Assembly (NCBI GenBank): GCA_036172245.1
Contig: JAYWIR010000002.1
Span: 7,006,001 to 7,070,000 of the forward strand
Direction: 5' to 3'
Length of the DNA stretch: 64,000 bases
DNA from: Raillietiella orientalis
Taxonomy: Eukaryota
Shown here: in pieces, positions 12,700-24,346 of the stretch
How the letters are laid out: every line of letters begins with the position of its first letter
Numbering within the stretch: position 1 is the stretch's first letter
Translations under genes and position numbers: made by a program
The notes under the pieces: generated by a model
Told to the model about the DNA's origin: nothing
What the model saw: only the letters and a program-made list of their open reading frames with translations
Database searches by the model: none

Positions 12700-13320
12700 T
12701 GGGGAAGTGGTGAAGCAGGCCAAGCAGTCAACCGCCCCATCCAAGATGGAGGAGGTCCTTCGAGGGATCTTTGAGGGAGGAGGATGATCCATTTGTACAA
12801 CCCTACGTTGTGGGTAATCTTAGCGTTCTTCATCAGGAGCATTCCCATCGGAAGGACTAAATTGTGGAGGCGACTGAGGAATCTCGGTGGCCCTGTCGAG
12901 GAAAGAAATTGGGAGTCCGACGGAGTTCAAGCGCGGACCATCCGCTGCTCCAGAAGAGCCAGGAAGAGGACACTTTTTTTGGAGAGTAGGGCCTCGAGTT
13001 CTAGGAGGTCCATGCACCCCAAGTCCTCACTACCCCTTGTGAGCGCTCGTCCTGTGACGTGAGGAACGGCAAATAGGGAGCAGAACCCCCAGCTGTTGCC
13101 CCGGCAACAGAGATTTCGTTTCGATGCTGCCGAAGATCCAGACCACCGCGAGCCGGGCTGGGAACATAAGACTCTAGACGGACTCGGCAGACCCACGCTG
13201 GGCGCTCATCCAAGGCGCCGAGACGACCAGCGGCGCCTTGGATTCGTCGAGCGGGTAGTGGTGGTAAGGGAGAGCCCCCTGCAAGAGGCAGAATTGTGGT
13301 CCTGGGGCGACGGCGCTTGG
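12700..13320 (-). mobile_element. Decayed LINE ORF2 fragment (post-RT region)
   Basis: CRGLSLTT (resembles R.LS..G) followed by RGSEDLGCMDL (resembles GGLG..DL), the order expected in L1-clade ORF2. Confidence 0.35.
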
Positions 13321-13559
13321 TGAGCGTCGAGGTCCGTTGACGGGCAGCCCCTTGTGGTGGATCCGCGCGCACCACCGCTCTCTGGAAGCGCTCCTGGCAT
13401 GCCCACCCTTTCCCTCCGAACCCCTCCAGCAAAAGAGGGGGAACAGCCGCTGTCTCTCCGAAGGGATATAAAAAAAAAACCACTCATCGTGGGTTTCGCT
13501 CGCCTATCATCCTGGTGAGTGGCTGCTCCAGGGAGTCCCCCTGTATGCATCATAAAAAA

Positions 13560-14040
13560 ATACAGCCGTCTATTAAATTAGATGTAGTGTAACTAGCGTA
13601 ATGATTTTATAGCGGTTTTTGATGACGCATGGAGGAATCCTTGAAAATGGCGGCCGAGGGGTTGCAACATTTTATGCATGCGGGAAGGATTTTTTGATCG
13701 GGACGCTCCCCAATTAACCCTTTAATGGCTTCCATGATTCGGGAGGCTTCCTGGCGGATGCAACAAATGAGCAGTCCGGGAGAAGAGCACCCCGGGAAGC
13801 GCGCATGCTCGGTTTCAGAATCTCGGCTCCGCACGTAACGCCTGCGCATTCTGGACGGGAAGAATGGGGTCGGGGAGGGAATGGTTTGTTTTTCGGTTTT
13901 AAGGACTTTCGCTCGTAGGTTCGGGCGCCCGTCGGTGGGGCTCCGACCGTCCCTGCCCGGAGCGAAGGAGAAGAGGGGCAGAGGGAAGAGAAAGATGTCT
14001 CATCGCGCCCCGCGCCGTCGGACGTGACGTCACCGCGAAG
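13560..14040. promoter_or_regulatory. Candidate cis-regulatory island
   Basis: AT-richer non-repetitive patch with YY1/Pho-type AAAATGGCGGC (13644-13654), several TAAT/ATTA cores, GCGCATGC (13801-13808) and full CRE TGACGTCA (14025-14032). Motif evidence only. Confidence 0.3.
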
Positions 14041-17000
14041 CGGACTCGCGAGCAGATGCCGACCACGGTCTTCCGTCCGATGGCAGCGGGCGGAATGCTG
14101 ACGCAAAAAAAAAGAAAAAAAAAGGAAAAGGAAAGGAAAAAGGGCGCGCGCGCTCGGAACTCCCCAATAGGTCTCTCCGTGCTGCCGTAGTCATCCGCTG
14201 TCCGAGCGAATCAATTAGCTCGGCGGTCGCGGCCGCAGAGCAGAGCGCGCGCCATATCGATCTCCGGCACGCCCCGAAGCGGGGCAGCAGCGAAGCACCC
14301 GTCGGTCCCCTGAGCGGTAGCCGGCATCGGAGGTTGCTTGGGAACCCACCCGGAGCGCATCTTCCCCTCTTACGGATCCGAGCTTTCGCAGCCAGCTGCT
14401 GCTACTGCTGCTCGGTGAAGCATCCGGCGCGGTATGACCATCCCCTTGCGCGCGACGTCATCCGCCGAGAAAAGGAGGGTTTTCCGGGAGAGATTGTCGA
14501 GGCTACCCTTTCGCCCTGCCTCGACCGCCCCCCTTCATCTCCTGGGTGACCGGCGTGGTTCCAGACCGAGCGCGCGAAACCTCTGGCATCTCCGCCGTCC
14601 AGCACCGGCGGGAAGAGGGAGGGAGGGGGAGGGGGGAACCACGCCCACCGCGGCCGACGGGGGACGACGGAGCCACGTTCCGAAACGGAACGGCGACGAT
14701 TCCACGGTTGCCGGGAAACCCCGCAACTCCCGTTTGGGATGGGAGGGAGCGCGACTGACAGGGTCTCAAGGAGCAAGGCCATCCAAGGAGCGAAGACGGA
14801 TCCGATTGGGAATATCGAAGGAGGTCTTCTCCAAGAATGCGCGTCCTCGAAGTGCCTCGAGGTGAGCCGCTCCCGCCCCAGCGTGCCGCGCACCCGTCTT
14901 CCTTGCTGCCTCGGCGGCGGCGACTTCCTTCCGCCTCACCTTCCCGTGATACACGCAGCATCCCTGGCCGGACGGTATCATCATCCATCACCCGCTCGTT
15001 ACGCGCATGCACAAACCTGGGAACCGACGGCGGTTCACAGCCGCGTGGGGGGCGCGCGGGACCAGGTTCACGGGAGCACAGGAAGAAAAGAGCAAGAAAA
15101 AAGAAGGGAGGTGACGGAGCGCCGAAGCGACGCCGCGCCGGACCGACACCTCCGGACTGGTGCCCCCCCTCTCTGGAGGCTCGAAAGATGGCGCCCCTTC
15201 CTTTGCTGTGGCCCGCCCTCGCGAGCCACGCGGCGCCTGCCAGGGACGTGCGTCCTCGGAGCACCCTGGGGGCAGCAGGGCGCACGCCAGCAGAGTCCAC
15301 CGCACGTTTGACCCTTCCCGGGCGCTAGGGAGGCGACCCTTCTGTCTTCTGTGGCGTCCGAGCTGCTCCGCTTGGGAAGCGGTCCCGCGCTGCGCGGACG
15401 CCCTCGAATATTGCCGGCCCGGCGAGCGGTTGGCGCCACCGGTTGGTTCCGAGCAGGGGTGCGATATTGGCGCCTCCGGATGAAGGAGGCGGCCGAGCAT
15501 GCGATGGCCGGGTCGCCATGTCGACGCCGGGCTTGGTGGGTCGGCTCTTGCAGGAGTGCCCGGGAAAATCCTCCAAGCCCGGGGCTTCGCGACGGGTGCC
15601 TCCTCCTTCGCTCCTGTTCGGTGCTAGCCGACGCCATCTCGCCGCAGGTGCTCCGGGTCTTTCTGGAAAGGAGGAAGGGTACCACCACGAGTCCGCGGGG
15701 AACGCCTCAGCCGACCCGGGGCCGGGCGCATCTGGGATGGTGCAGTGGTGGGGGTGGAAGAGGAGCATCCCGGGAGGCTCTGCGAATGCCCGTCCGCGAT
15801 CCCCGAAGCGCGTCGAGAGCGACGTCCTCCACCTCTTCAGGCCTGCCTCCCCGTTGGTGGCGCCGTGGGACTGGTTAAGTCCGCTCCCCACCTCCTCCGG
15901 AAGGAGGCTTGGGAGATCTGCGGGAAGACTCCACGGCCAGGCACCACCCCCTCCCCTTTTTTCCCCTAATTGCAAGCCTTCTCTCAGCATCAGGGAGCGG
16001 TTCGACGGAAGCCTCCGGTTGCCATGGTGAGCGTCGAAGGGACATTCCCTGTGCGGGGAATGCGTCCAGAATCTATCCCGAATTTTCCGAAATTTCTCTT
16101 CTACAGCCGTGGAGGCAGAGGAAGATCTCAGCAGTGGAAGAGCAGAGTCTCCCTTCGGGTGCTCTCCCCCCACCCCCCACCCCTGCGCTCCGGAAATTTG
16201 CACCGGTTGCGAAGATCCGGTCAGGAGGCGGGGAGGACTCTCCTTCCACTCCTGGATTGTAGGTCGTGAGCCAGTCCCCGCCCCATGAGGACGTGCCCTC
16301 CCCTTGCCTGTCTGCCCGGTCCCGTCCCCCGCTGTGGGAGGGGCGGGGGACGAGCCGTCCCTTTTCCACGGCAAGAGGATGATGGGAGCTTGAGGTCACA
16401 CTGCCTGGAAGGAATGAGGACTCTCCCTAGAGCCCTCACACGAGGGAGGGGCGGGGGGAGAGGGCGCTCCTATCGTGATGCTCCCTGCTCTCCTCCTCCG
16501 AGCCTCCGCCTCTGTCATTGGCGGGTGCATTGCGGAGGGGCCGCGTGAGTCGCGCGGGCGACGCTGCCACCGGAGGCGCGCTGCGCCACTTGTGACGGCG
16601 TTCGTCCTGCGCTCTCCCCTCTGGCGGCAGCGTTCCCTACGCCCTTGGCTCCGTGCTTCTCGACCGCCCCTATGGGGCCAGCAGGCAGCTTGGGGATGCG
16701 GGAGAATGCGGGAACGGTGGCACCTTCGTATTGGTGTCACCCTCGGGCGCTTCACTCCTCAGGGACGACACTGCTGGGCGGTTTCTCCTACGCTCCCGGT
16801 CTCCTGGGGCCGTTGCCCGGAGGCACCCGGACAGACGTTCCTCCTCTTCGCGGGTGCGCACGCGTCCACCACCCTCACGTGCGTGCAGCCGGTCCGGTGC
16901 TTCGCTGCCTGGCAGAAGCCGCGCAAAGCACTCGGAAGCGCCCCTTTCTCTCGCCCGGTCCCCTTTTTTTAGAAGACTTCCTCCCCCTTTCCTCCCTCCC

Positions 17001-17789
17001 TCCGCTCCAGCATGTCCCTTCCCTGCTCTCGAAGCGAATCCCGGCGATGGCGGTTCCTCCGCTCTCCTGACGCGCTTGAAGTCTCCCCCCTTCAAGTTCA
17101 GAACCCGTCAAGCACGGAAACGAAAAAATGGGGCGCTTGCGGTGGTCCCTACACAACACGCGCCTCCCTATTCTGGAGGCGGGTGAGAGAGGGGGGAGGG
17201 GTGAATTCCTCCCAGGTCTCTTCGCGGAGAACCAGGTTCGTGGCAGCGGGACGGAAGCGGCGAGGGGAGTTGCCCTTCCACACAAGGGCCGTACGTCCTT
17301 TCGCGTTCCGGGCGTCCCCATGCGCGCCTCGCGCAGCTCCCCACCGCCAGTCTCTTTCCGGAGACAGGCCCGTCGTCCTGAGGAGCGTCTGGCTACCATC
17401 TGGTGGCCAGCCAGAAGGTGATTTTCCGCTCGTGCTCCGGCGTTCTTTCGAGGGAAGGAACGGCGACGCTTCAGCGGCCACCTGCAGAAACTTCCCCCGC
17501 GTCGAACACGAGGGCTCGAGCGGGTTGACCAGCCCGAAGCCGAAGCCTTCCATCGGTCGCCGGGAGTCTTCGCCGTGGGGCTGAGCCTGCTCGTCCGACT
17601 CTCGGCGCGGTCCAAAGTCCCAGAGTTGCTGCTGGTCTTTTTCTGGAGACTCGCCCCTCAGGAGGGCATCGCAGGCCAGTAGATGTCGCCTCCCGAGAGG
17701 ATTCCGTGCCTCCCGGTCGCACTGACTTCACGCAAACGAAGGGAGCAAACGGACTCAGGCAGCATCCACCCTCACCTCCCTTCCTCTTT

Positions 17790-18160
17790 CCTCAACCCTC
17801 TCTTCGATTTTCGAACCCTCTCCCGTCACGGGAGGCGGAGGCCCGACCGATGTTTCCTGCACAGTCGATAGCGATCGTCCTAGTGGTCTGGGGAGAGTCA
17901 ACATTACCCACCTGAACTGTCTTGTGCCCGAGCTGAATCGTCTCCGGGAGCGCGGACAAAGAGAGCTTGCTGGAATTCCTCCTGGAAAATCGGAGTTGAG
18001 TGCGGAAGAGCATCTCGCAGTTTCACGGTCGTTGCGTCGCCGCAGCGACTGCTCAGGTGGCAAGAGTGATCGAGATGGTTCCCCTACCTTTCCTTCCAAT
18101 CAACGGATGGCACCTCTGAAGTTTATTCTCGCGCTTCCGGAAATTTGCAACGGCCGCCTT
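17790..18160 (-). mobile_element. Possible LINE RT domain 6-7 remnant
   Basis: LQISGSARINF (resembles SGARIN..K), followed downstream by FSRRNSSKLSL. Weak. Confidence 0.25.
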
Positions 18161-20734
18161 CCGCAGTCAGCAGATCCTCCCGTTCTCATCCCGTTACGAC
18201 CGTTGCCAAGGCAGGCGACACGCGAAGCATCCAAACCAGTGCCGCGAGGCTTCTCTTTCCGAGGAACTCACGTGGTCGACCCGGCTGCATCGATGCTGCA
18301 CCCGGAGCAGGAGGCCCTTGCTCCCCTCTCCCTGGGGTGCTTTCTGGCCTTCAAGCTCATCCCAGGCTGCGGCAGCCTTCCGCTTCCCATGGGAACCACC
18401 CGAACTCCCGCGCGCGCCGTGGCCTTGGCAACGGGATGCAAAGACGAAGCGATGCGTTTCCGTCGCCTCCTCCTGCCTTCTTCGCTCTTCGGCTCCCCGC
18501 TGATCTTCCAGGGTTCCTAGGTAGAGGGCTGGGGCCCATCCGGTGCTCCCAGAAGCACCGCGTCCTCAAGCGCACCAACGCTTTCCCACCGCTTTCCTGG
18601 CCTGCTCGCTCGGAATTCCCCCCATGTTCCCTGTCCCAGAGATTCGGGAGTCCTCGCGCCCACTGCCCCTACGGCGGAGGGCGCGGGGAGTCCACTCTCT
18701 CTCTGCCTCTTCCCTTGCCGAGTAGCCGCAGGGCAGGTGGCGTTCAGCATGGCCTCGCTCTTCATTTTCGCGCACCACTTTCGGGAGCGACGTGGCTAAA
18801 ACGGCTACCTGCTCCCGGTGTTGCGGTGCGGTCCTCCCGGTCGGAGTCTTCAGCTCGTCGCGCCAGCACCGTCCGACTGCGGAGGCGCCAGCCAGGCAGG
18901 CGATTCTTCTCGTCTTCTCCACCTCTCCCGCACAGGCGATGGTCGTCGCCGCCGCCTGTCGAGGTCGCACGAATCCGACCTGCGATGAGCACGAATCAAG
19001 AGGGTCGCGTCCGCCGTCGAGTCGGAGATGCGCGGTGCATGGCAACGCAGGATCAATCCTTGCTCTCCTTCTTCTGTCTTTCCCCTTCCGACACCGTGGA
19101 TGGATGAATGCTTACGGGGGCAAAAGACGGTCCGCCGCGACCACCCCCTTCCTTCCCCGAGGGAATTCAAAGTCTGGCTTCCGCTGTTCCCGGAATCGTC
19201 CGACTGAGGGCCACTGACCCCCCAGAGATGCCTCCTTGATCTGACGATCCGGGAACGGCAGCCGTCGCCTTCCTTCCTGGAAGTCTCTGCTCTCCCGGAG
19301 CTCCGTCCCGGGACGGAAGACAAGAACAGGGTCCTCGTGTCCTCCCTCGCCTGCGCGCCTTCCCCCGGATGGCATGGGCGGAGGCGCCAGCGCACCCGGG
19401 ATGCGGAAAGATGCCGTCCGAAGGAGCGCCGCCGCTACCCTTTCCGGATGGGCAGCGGCGCGCATCGAGCGTGGTGACGACGACGCTCCCCCTCCCTGGT
19501 GGTGACGTTGAGCGTCTTCCGCCAAGCAGCTTATCGCCCTCCTAGGCGCGGTTCCGCTCTGAGCGAGGGAAAGCTCGCGTCGCTCCCGGGCACTCCTGCC
19601 CGCCGAGCCCTCCCTCCCTCGCACTGGCTGCTCTTCTACGGCCCGTTTCCTTTTTCTGCGGAAGGAAAGCCTTCCGGTCCTTTCCAGCACTCCGTCTTTA
19701 CCCCCGCCCCGAAACGCTCCTTTCCGGCGTCCGTTTATATTCTCCTCCGTCCGTCGGCGCCTTCCCTCGGCTTGGCTCTCTTCGATAAACGCGTGCGCAC
19801 AGATCCGGAGGCGCCAGCAAACGCCAACAATCCATCCGCAGGTTCGATTTTCGGAAGCCGCGAGAAGGGGAGGGGGAGGAGGAAGGGGAAGAAGCAGGCG
19901 TGACTCCGGGACCACTCCGCGGTTCTCGGTTTCCACGGCATCCGCTAAGCGACGGCAACTCCGAGACGGCAGCGCACCGCTTCCTCAGGGTGCGAATGCC
20001 TGCCGCCCGGACGACGAGGTGGGATCCGAGCGTTCGGACAATGCCGGAAGTCTTGAGCCCGCCGGGCGGGGTGTTCCCGCACACGCGCGTGGCGACGTTT
20101 CCGCTGCGACGGTGGAGCGGCGCGGCATGCGCTGCGGGCACCTGCCTTGCTCTCCCTGCAGGAAGGCAAACGGGGCACCCTCGTAGGTGCTGTTTACACC
20201 ACAGAGGATGCGTTCGTTTCCTTGGCTGCGGGAACTGGGCTTCGTAAGCCAGTCGTGGGTCGTAGGAGGTTCCCTACCGGAGAGGGGGAGGGGGACAGCG
20301 GCAGCAGCCGGAAGCTAGCAGCAGTTTCCGGTCAGGTGGAGGGCAGGGGAAATCCGCAAGACACGCGCGGAAGCTGCGGTGGAAGGAAGTCCCGTTCCGG
20401 GAACTGGGGATCGGGGAGGGCAGCGAGCCTCGGCGCGAAGGCGGACGCCGTCGCAGGTGCGATATTGGCGTATCGGCTCCCTAGGTGCCGGCTGTCGCGC
20501 AGCTCGGTACGGGAGCGCTCTTGTCGAGCAGGTGGGATGACTCCTGGACCGCTTCTGGGTCCTGCAGCACGACCCTGGGGAGTATGCCCCTGTGGCAAAG
20601 GAGGGCACCAGACCGCCTGATACAAAAATGATGGAAGTAGGTCTCGAAAGATGGAACGGGGCGATGGAAGGGGGCGAGGGGTATCCATTCCGACGCCAAC
20701 AAACAAGGAACGGAAGCTCCCTTCCTCCCTTCCG

Positions 20735-21528
20735 AGAGGATGGACTATCGCAGAGCATTCCCTCGATGTCCTGTTTCAGAAAGCACCACCGGCCCGTGCG
20801 TCGCACGAGGTCTCTTTCCCTCCTTGTGATCCCCCACAGGCAGTCCTGTCTCCTAGTAGTTCTTTGCTGCTGCATCCTGCGGGTGGGCGGTCTGGAGCGA
20901 AGTCGTCAGAGGAAGAGGCGAGAGGAACATCCCACCCAATTTGCGGTTCCCTTTATGCGGATAGCAGCCAGAGGTGGCCCTATCTATCTCAGGTGCGGGG
21001 AACGGAGATCCCTCGCGCACCTGCTCGTGGACCATGTTGCCCTCTGGCCCCTGTGGGAACGTTTTGGCACGACCCCGTGAACCCCCGACGGCAAGCCCAA
21101 AGACGTTCCACAACTCCTCTTCACGCGGGATGCTCTACCGCTAGTCGCAGCCTTAGCGGCTCTTTGCTACATCCCCAGGATTGTGGAGACCTGGGGCAAC
21201 GTTCAAGCGGGAGCGAACGAGTATGCACTTCGTTCTCTGCGGATGGCAGCCAGATAGCCCCACCTGGGCGCAATAAGGAGCGGTCTAGTTGGCATCCTGG
21301 AAAGGATGCAGAGGCAGTGATCCCTTCCCGGCTTTCTACAGTGTTTTTCTATTTCTTTTATTTTTGTTTTCTCCCCTCCCCACCGCTGCCGAAATGAACC
21401 TCGCTCGTCTGCGCACCGGCAACCCTGCAGGCCCACGGTAAAACGGAGCGTGGTAGGACCACGCGTCCTACCACAATGTTGCGAGTTTATCGTTTATTTC
21501 AATGAACGTCCCGGCGTGACCGGGTGGC
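20735..21528 (+). mobile_element. LINE 3' end (copy B)
   Basis: PIYLRCGERRSLAHLLVDHVALWPLWERF (zf-RVT-like C..C...E...HLL.DC..L..LW), then ..VGIL, T-rich UTR, perfect hairpin GTGGTAGGAC/GTCCTACCAC (21450-21474) and AATGAACGTCCCGGCGTGACCGGGTGGCA end. Confidence 0.75.
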
Positions 21529-23599
21529 AACGCAGGCAGCTCTGTCGAGGCGCAGAATATTTCTCAGGTTCCAGCACAAGAAGTGACCATCCTGAGGCCC
21601 ACCTCTCACCGAGCGCCGTGCATACCGCCACCCTGTGGATGGATGAAGCAGAGCGAAGATGGAGAAGACGGGACGCGGCGAGATGGAGGCGTTTCGGGAG
21701 AACGACAGTCAGCTCGTCGTGCAAAAACCGGGGTCATGAATGCCGGGGGGTGACTGATGGAAAGTCAGGCCGGTAGCAGGTGGTGAGAAGAAGGCACGTC
21801 GTAGCCGTGCCACGTGGGTTCATTACCTTGAATTCGCTTATCTTTCATAGCGACGAAGAGTATCGCATATTCACCAAGTAAATTCTTTAATCTTTAATCT
21901 TCAATTCTTTAATCCAGGGTACATCACTAAAACTGATAGAAGGCAATGCTGTTACTTGGTTGCTAAGGGGCTGACGGACTGGATAAGTTTTCCATTTCCG
22001 AAGTAACCGCTTCTTCTGCACCGTTCCATCCGATGTGAGGTTCGTTATTCTTAGTTCTTATTGTTTTCTGACGAAGGTAGAAGACGGTGGTCAGCTGGAA
22101 CGTGAAACCATTGGAGGTCAGTAGGTGACTTTGAAACCCAAGAGACATCCAGCTTCGCCGTTCCCCTTCGTCGCTGCTTTCCCCCTCCCCTTCCATTCTT
22201 CGCCACTGAATCAGTACTGGGGGGTTTCCCGGAGAACCGGTGCGCTTCCTTCGCCCGTTCGGAGGTTCCCTGCCCATCTGATCCGAAAGTGAAACGCAAA
22301 TCGATTTCTTCCGTTTCCCTTTGTTTCCCGGCCGGAAATCTTCCGAATTCTTTTCAGGATTTCGCTGACGGCAACGGGATGCAGAGAGCTCCTTATTTGA
22401 AAGATAATAACAGTAAACAAACGCAGGAAAAAAATGGGAACAATGAGCTCTTTTTCTCGGGGAAGACAAAAACCGAACGCTCGTGTGACGCTTCACCTCT
22501 TATTCATCAGCCACGTCTATTGTCTTCGCCTTCTACGCAAGCAGAATTGTGTCGATTGTTCCGCTGCTCGTGACGGTGTTTCCGTACCACAGGGGTATTA
22601 AAATCCAATTATTTCTCAGGTTCCTCGAGACCGTGAATTGTGGAAGCAGGAACCGTTTTCATTTGGATCAGAGAAGGGTGAGAGGAGATGTACAAAAGGA
22701 GGCGAACGGAAGGTTTGCCCGCTGCCTCTGACCTCCCCCTCCCCCTCCTCGGAGCGATGATGGCTCTTGTGCGCCGTCCGACCCTGCCTCGGCCACGTTG
22801 CCCTTTCGCTGCCTTCCTTAACTCGCCGACATTCCTTGCTTTCACTTTTCCCGCTCGTGATTCCTCTTGCGCGAGGAGCAGCCGCACATGTCGCGCGCTT
22901 CGAGGAAACCTCCCGAGGAACGTGGGCTGGTGATGCAAGAGCTCCTGCTAACGAGACGGTCCCTCTGGAGGAATTCTTACGACCTCCTTGACGTTCCGCC
23001 GGCGACCTGGATTCACCCCCCCCCCCAGGAACGCAGCGACGCCTCTCGGCGTGCTCATCCAGGGACACACGAGCGATTGGGAGTAGCGTGAATTTCATTT
23101 GCCTGCATCCAAAGTCCACCAGATGTCCGCGGCAAAGCTTCCTCCCCCGCTCCACGTCTCGAGGTAGCCGCCCGTGTTCTGCCGCATCCGCGGCGCGTGG
23201 CGCATACGAAACGAAAATTCGTTACGCATGAGGAGACCTTGAAACCCGACCCCTTGTCAGAACATCTTCCCCCCCCCCCCCTTCCCCCGAGATTTCCTGG
23301 AAGTCATCGTAGTGGGATACAACACGAGCTCTCGTAGTCGGCAGGTTCCCGAAATAACGTTGGATTAGGGAGAGACGTGCTGCTGCTTGTCCGTTCTCGT
23401 CCTTCCTCCTGCTCTTCCTCCTCTCGAGACTTTCCAGACTTGTTTGCGGAATGGAATCCGATCTCCGAAAGTGGACTCACGGAAAGTGGACTTCGCCGAA
23501 CCAACTGAAGCCACGACGGAGTGTTTGACAAAGGCCTGTCCTTAGACCTGGCAACTCGGAAGCGAGGCGCGAAGACCGAACGAAGGGGCGCATCGGGGG

Positions 23600-24346
23600 T
23601 GTGCAGCTGACTGATGCTGCTACCCCAAGTGGCCCTCCGCCTAAAGGACTTTTACGCCGAGGTGAGCTGCTGGAACTTCTCCGGGAAGACCTCGAGTGGA
23701 CCCCAGTACTCCTGAACGCTCGCACCCTCCCTCTCAAGTGGCAGGACATCACGGGACCCGGGGAAGGGAGAGGGTGGAGAGCGGGAATCCCTCCCACACC
23801 GGATTCTGGACCATGTTGTCCTCCGGCCCCTTTCGAAACGTCTTGCCATGATCCTGCGAATCTCCGACGGCAGCCCCAGAAACGACTCTTTGCACGCGAC
23901 GCCCCACCGCCAGCCGCGATGCCCAGCAGCTCCTCGCTGCCTCCGCGGGACTGTGGCCGCCCGGAGCGCCTCCGAGAGAGGCAGGAACGATGAAGATGCG
24001 TCATCCGTCCCGCGGTCCGTTTTCCTGAGGATGGTATTGAGATGGCTCTCCCGTCCGGGAGGCGCGCAGCCCGAACTTGCGGGAATTCTTGAATGGATGT
24101 TAAGGACGCCCCAAACCCTTTGCCGCCTGGGAGCTCTTCCCATGCTCTCCTTGTTCCTTCTATCCATTTTTATTGATTTTTTTTCTTCATTGTATTTTTC
24201 CTTCCGGTTGTTCCCCTTCTCCCCTGTGCCGTGGGAGGTGACCCTCTCCTGCCTGTGGGCAGGTTCTTCGATTAGGGACGGCGTACCTGCCGCCGCTGCC
24301 TTGGTGCGTCCTTCGGTTGCGGCGAACGGTCCGGCGCGACCGGGTG
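23600..24346 (+). mobile_element. LINE 3' end (copy J), inverted twin of copy I
   Basis: 23661-24346 is the reverse complement of 2945-3630 (686 bp, about 7 substitutions by eye). Encodes the same frameshifted C-terminal ORF2 peptides. Confidence 0.8.

Noticed and set aside
13441..13570. Small insertion flanked by ACAGCCG direct repeats with A-rich runs
   Set aside because: A 7-bp match is compatible with chance and there is no second copy in the window.
21880..21990. Possible plus-strand exon after TCTTTAATCCAG
   Set aside because: No recognisable peptide, no convincing donor site and no partner exons.
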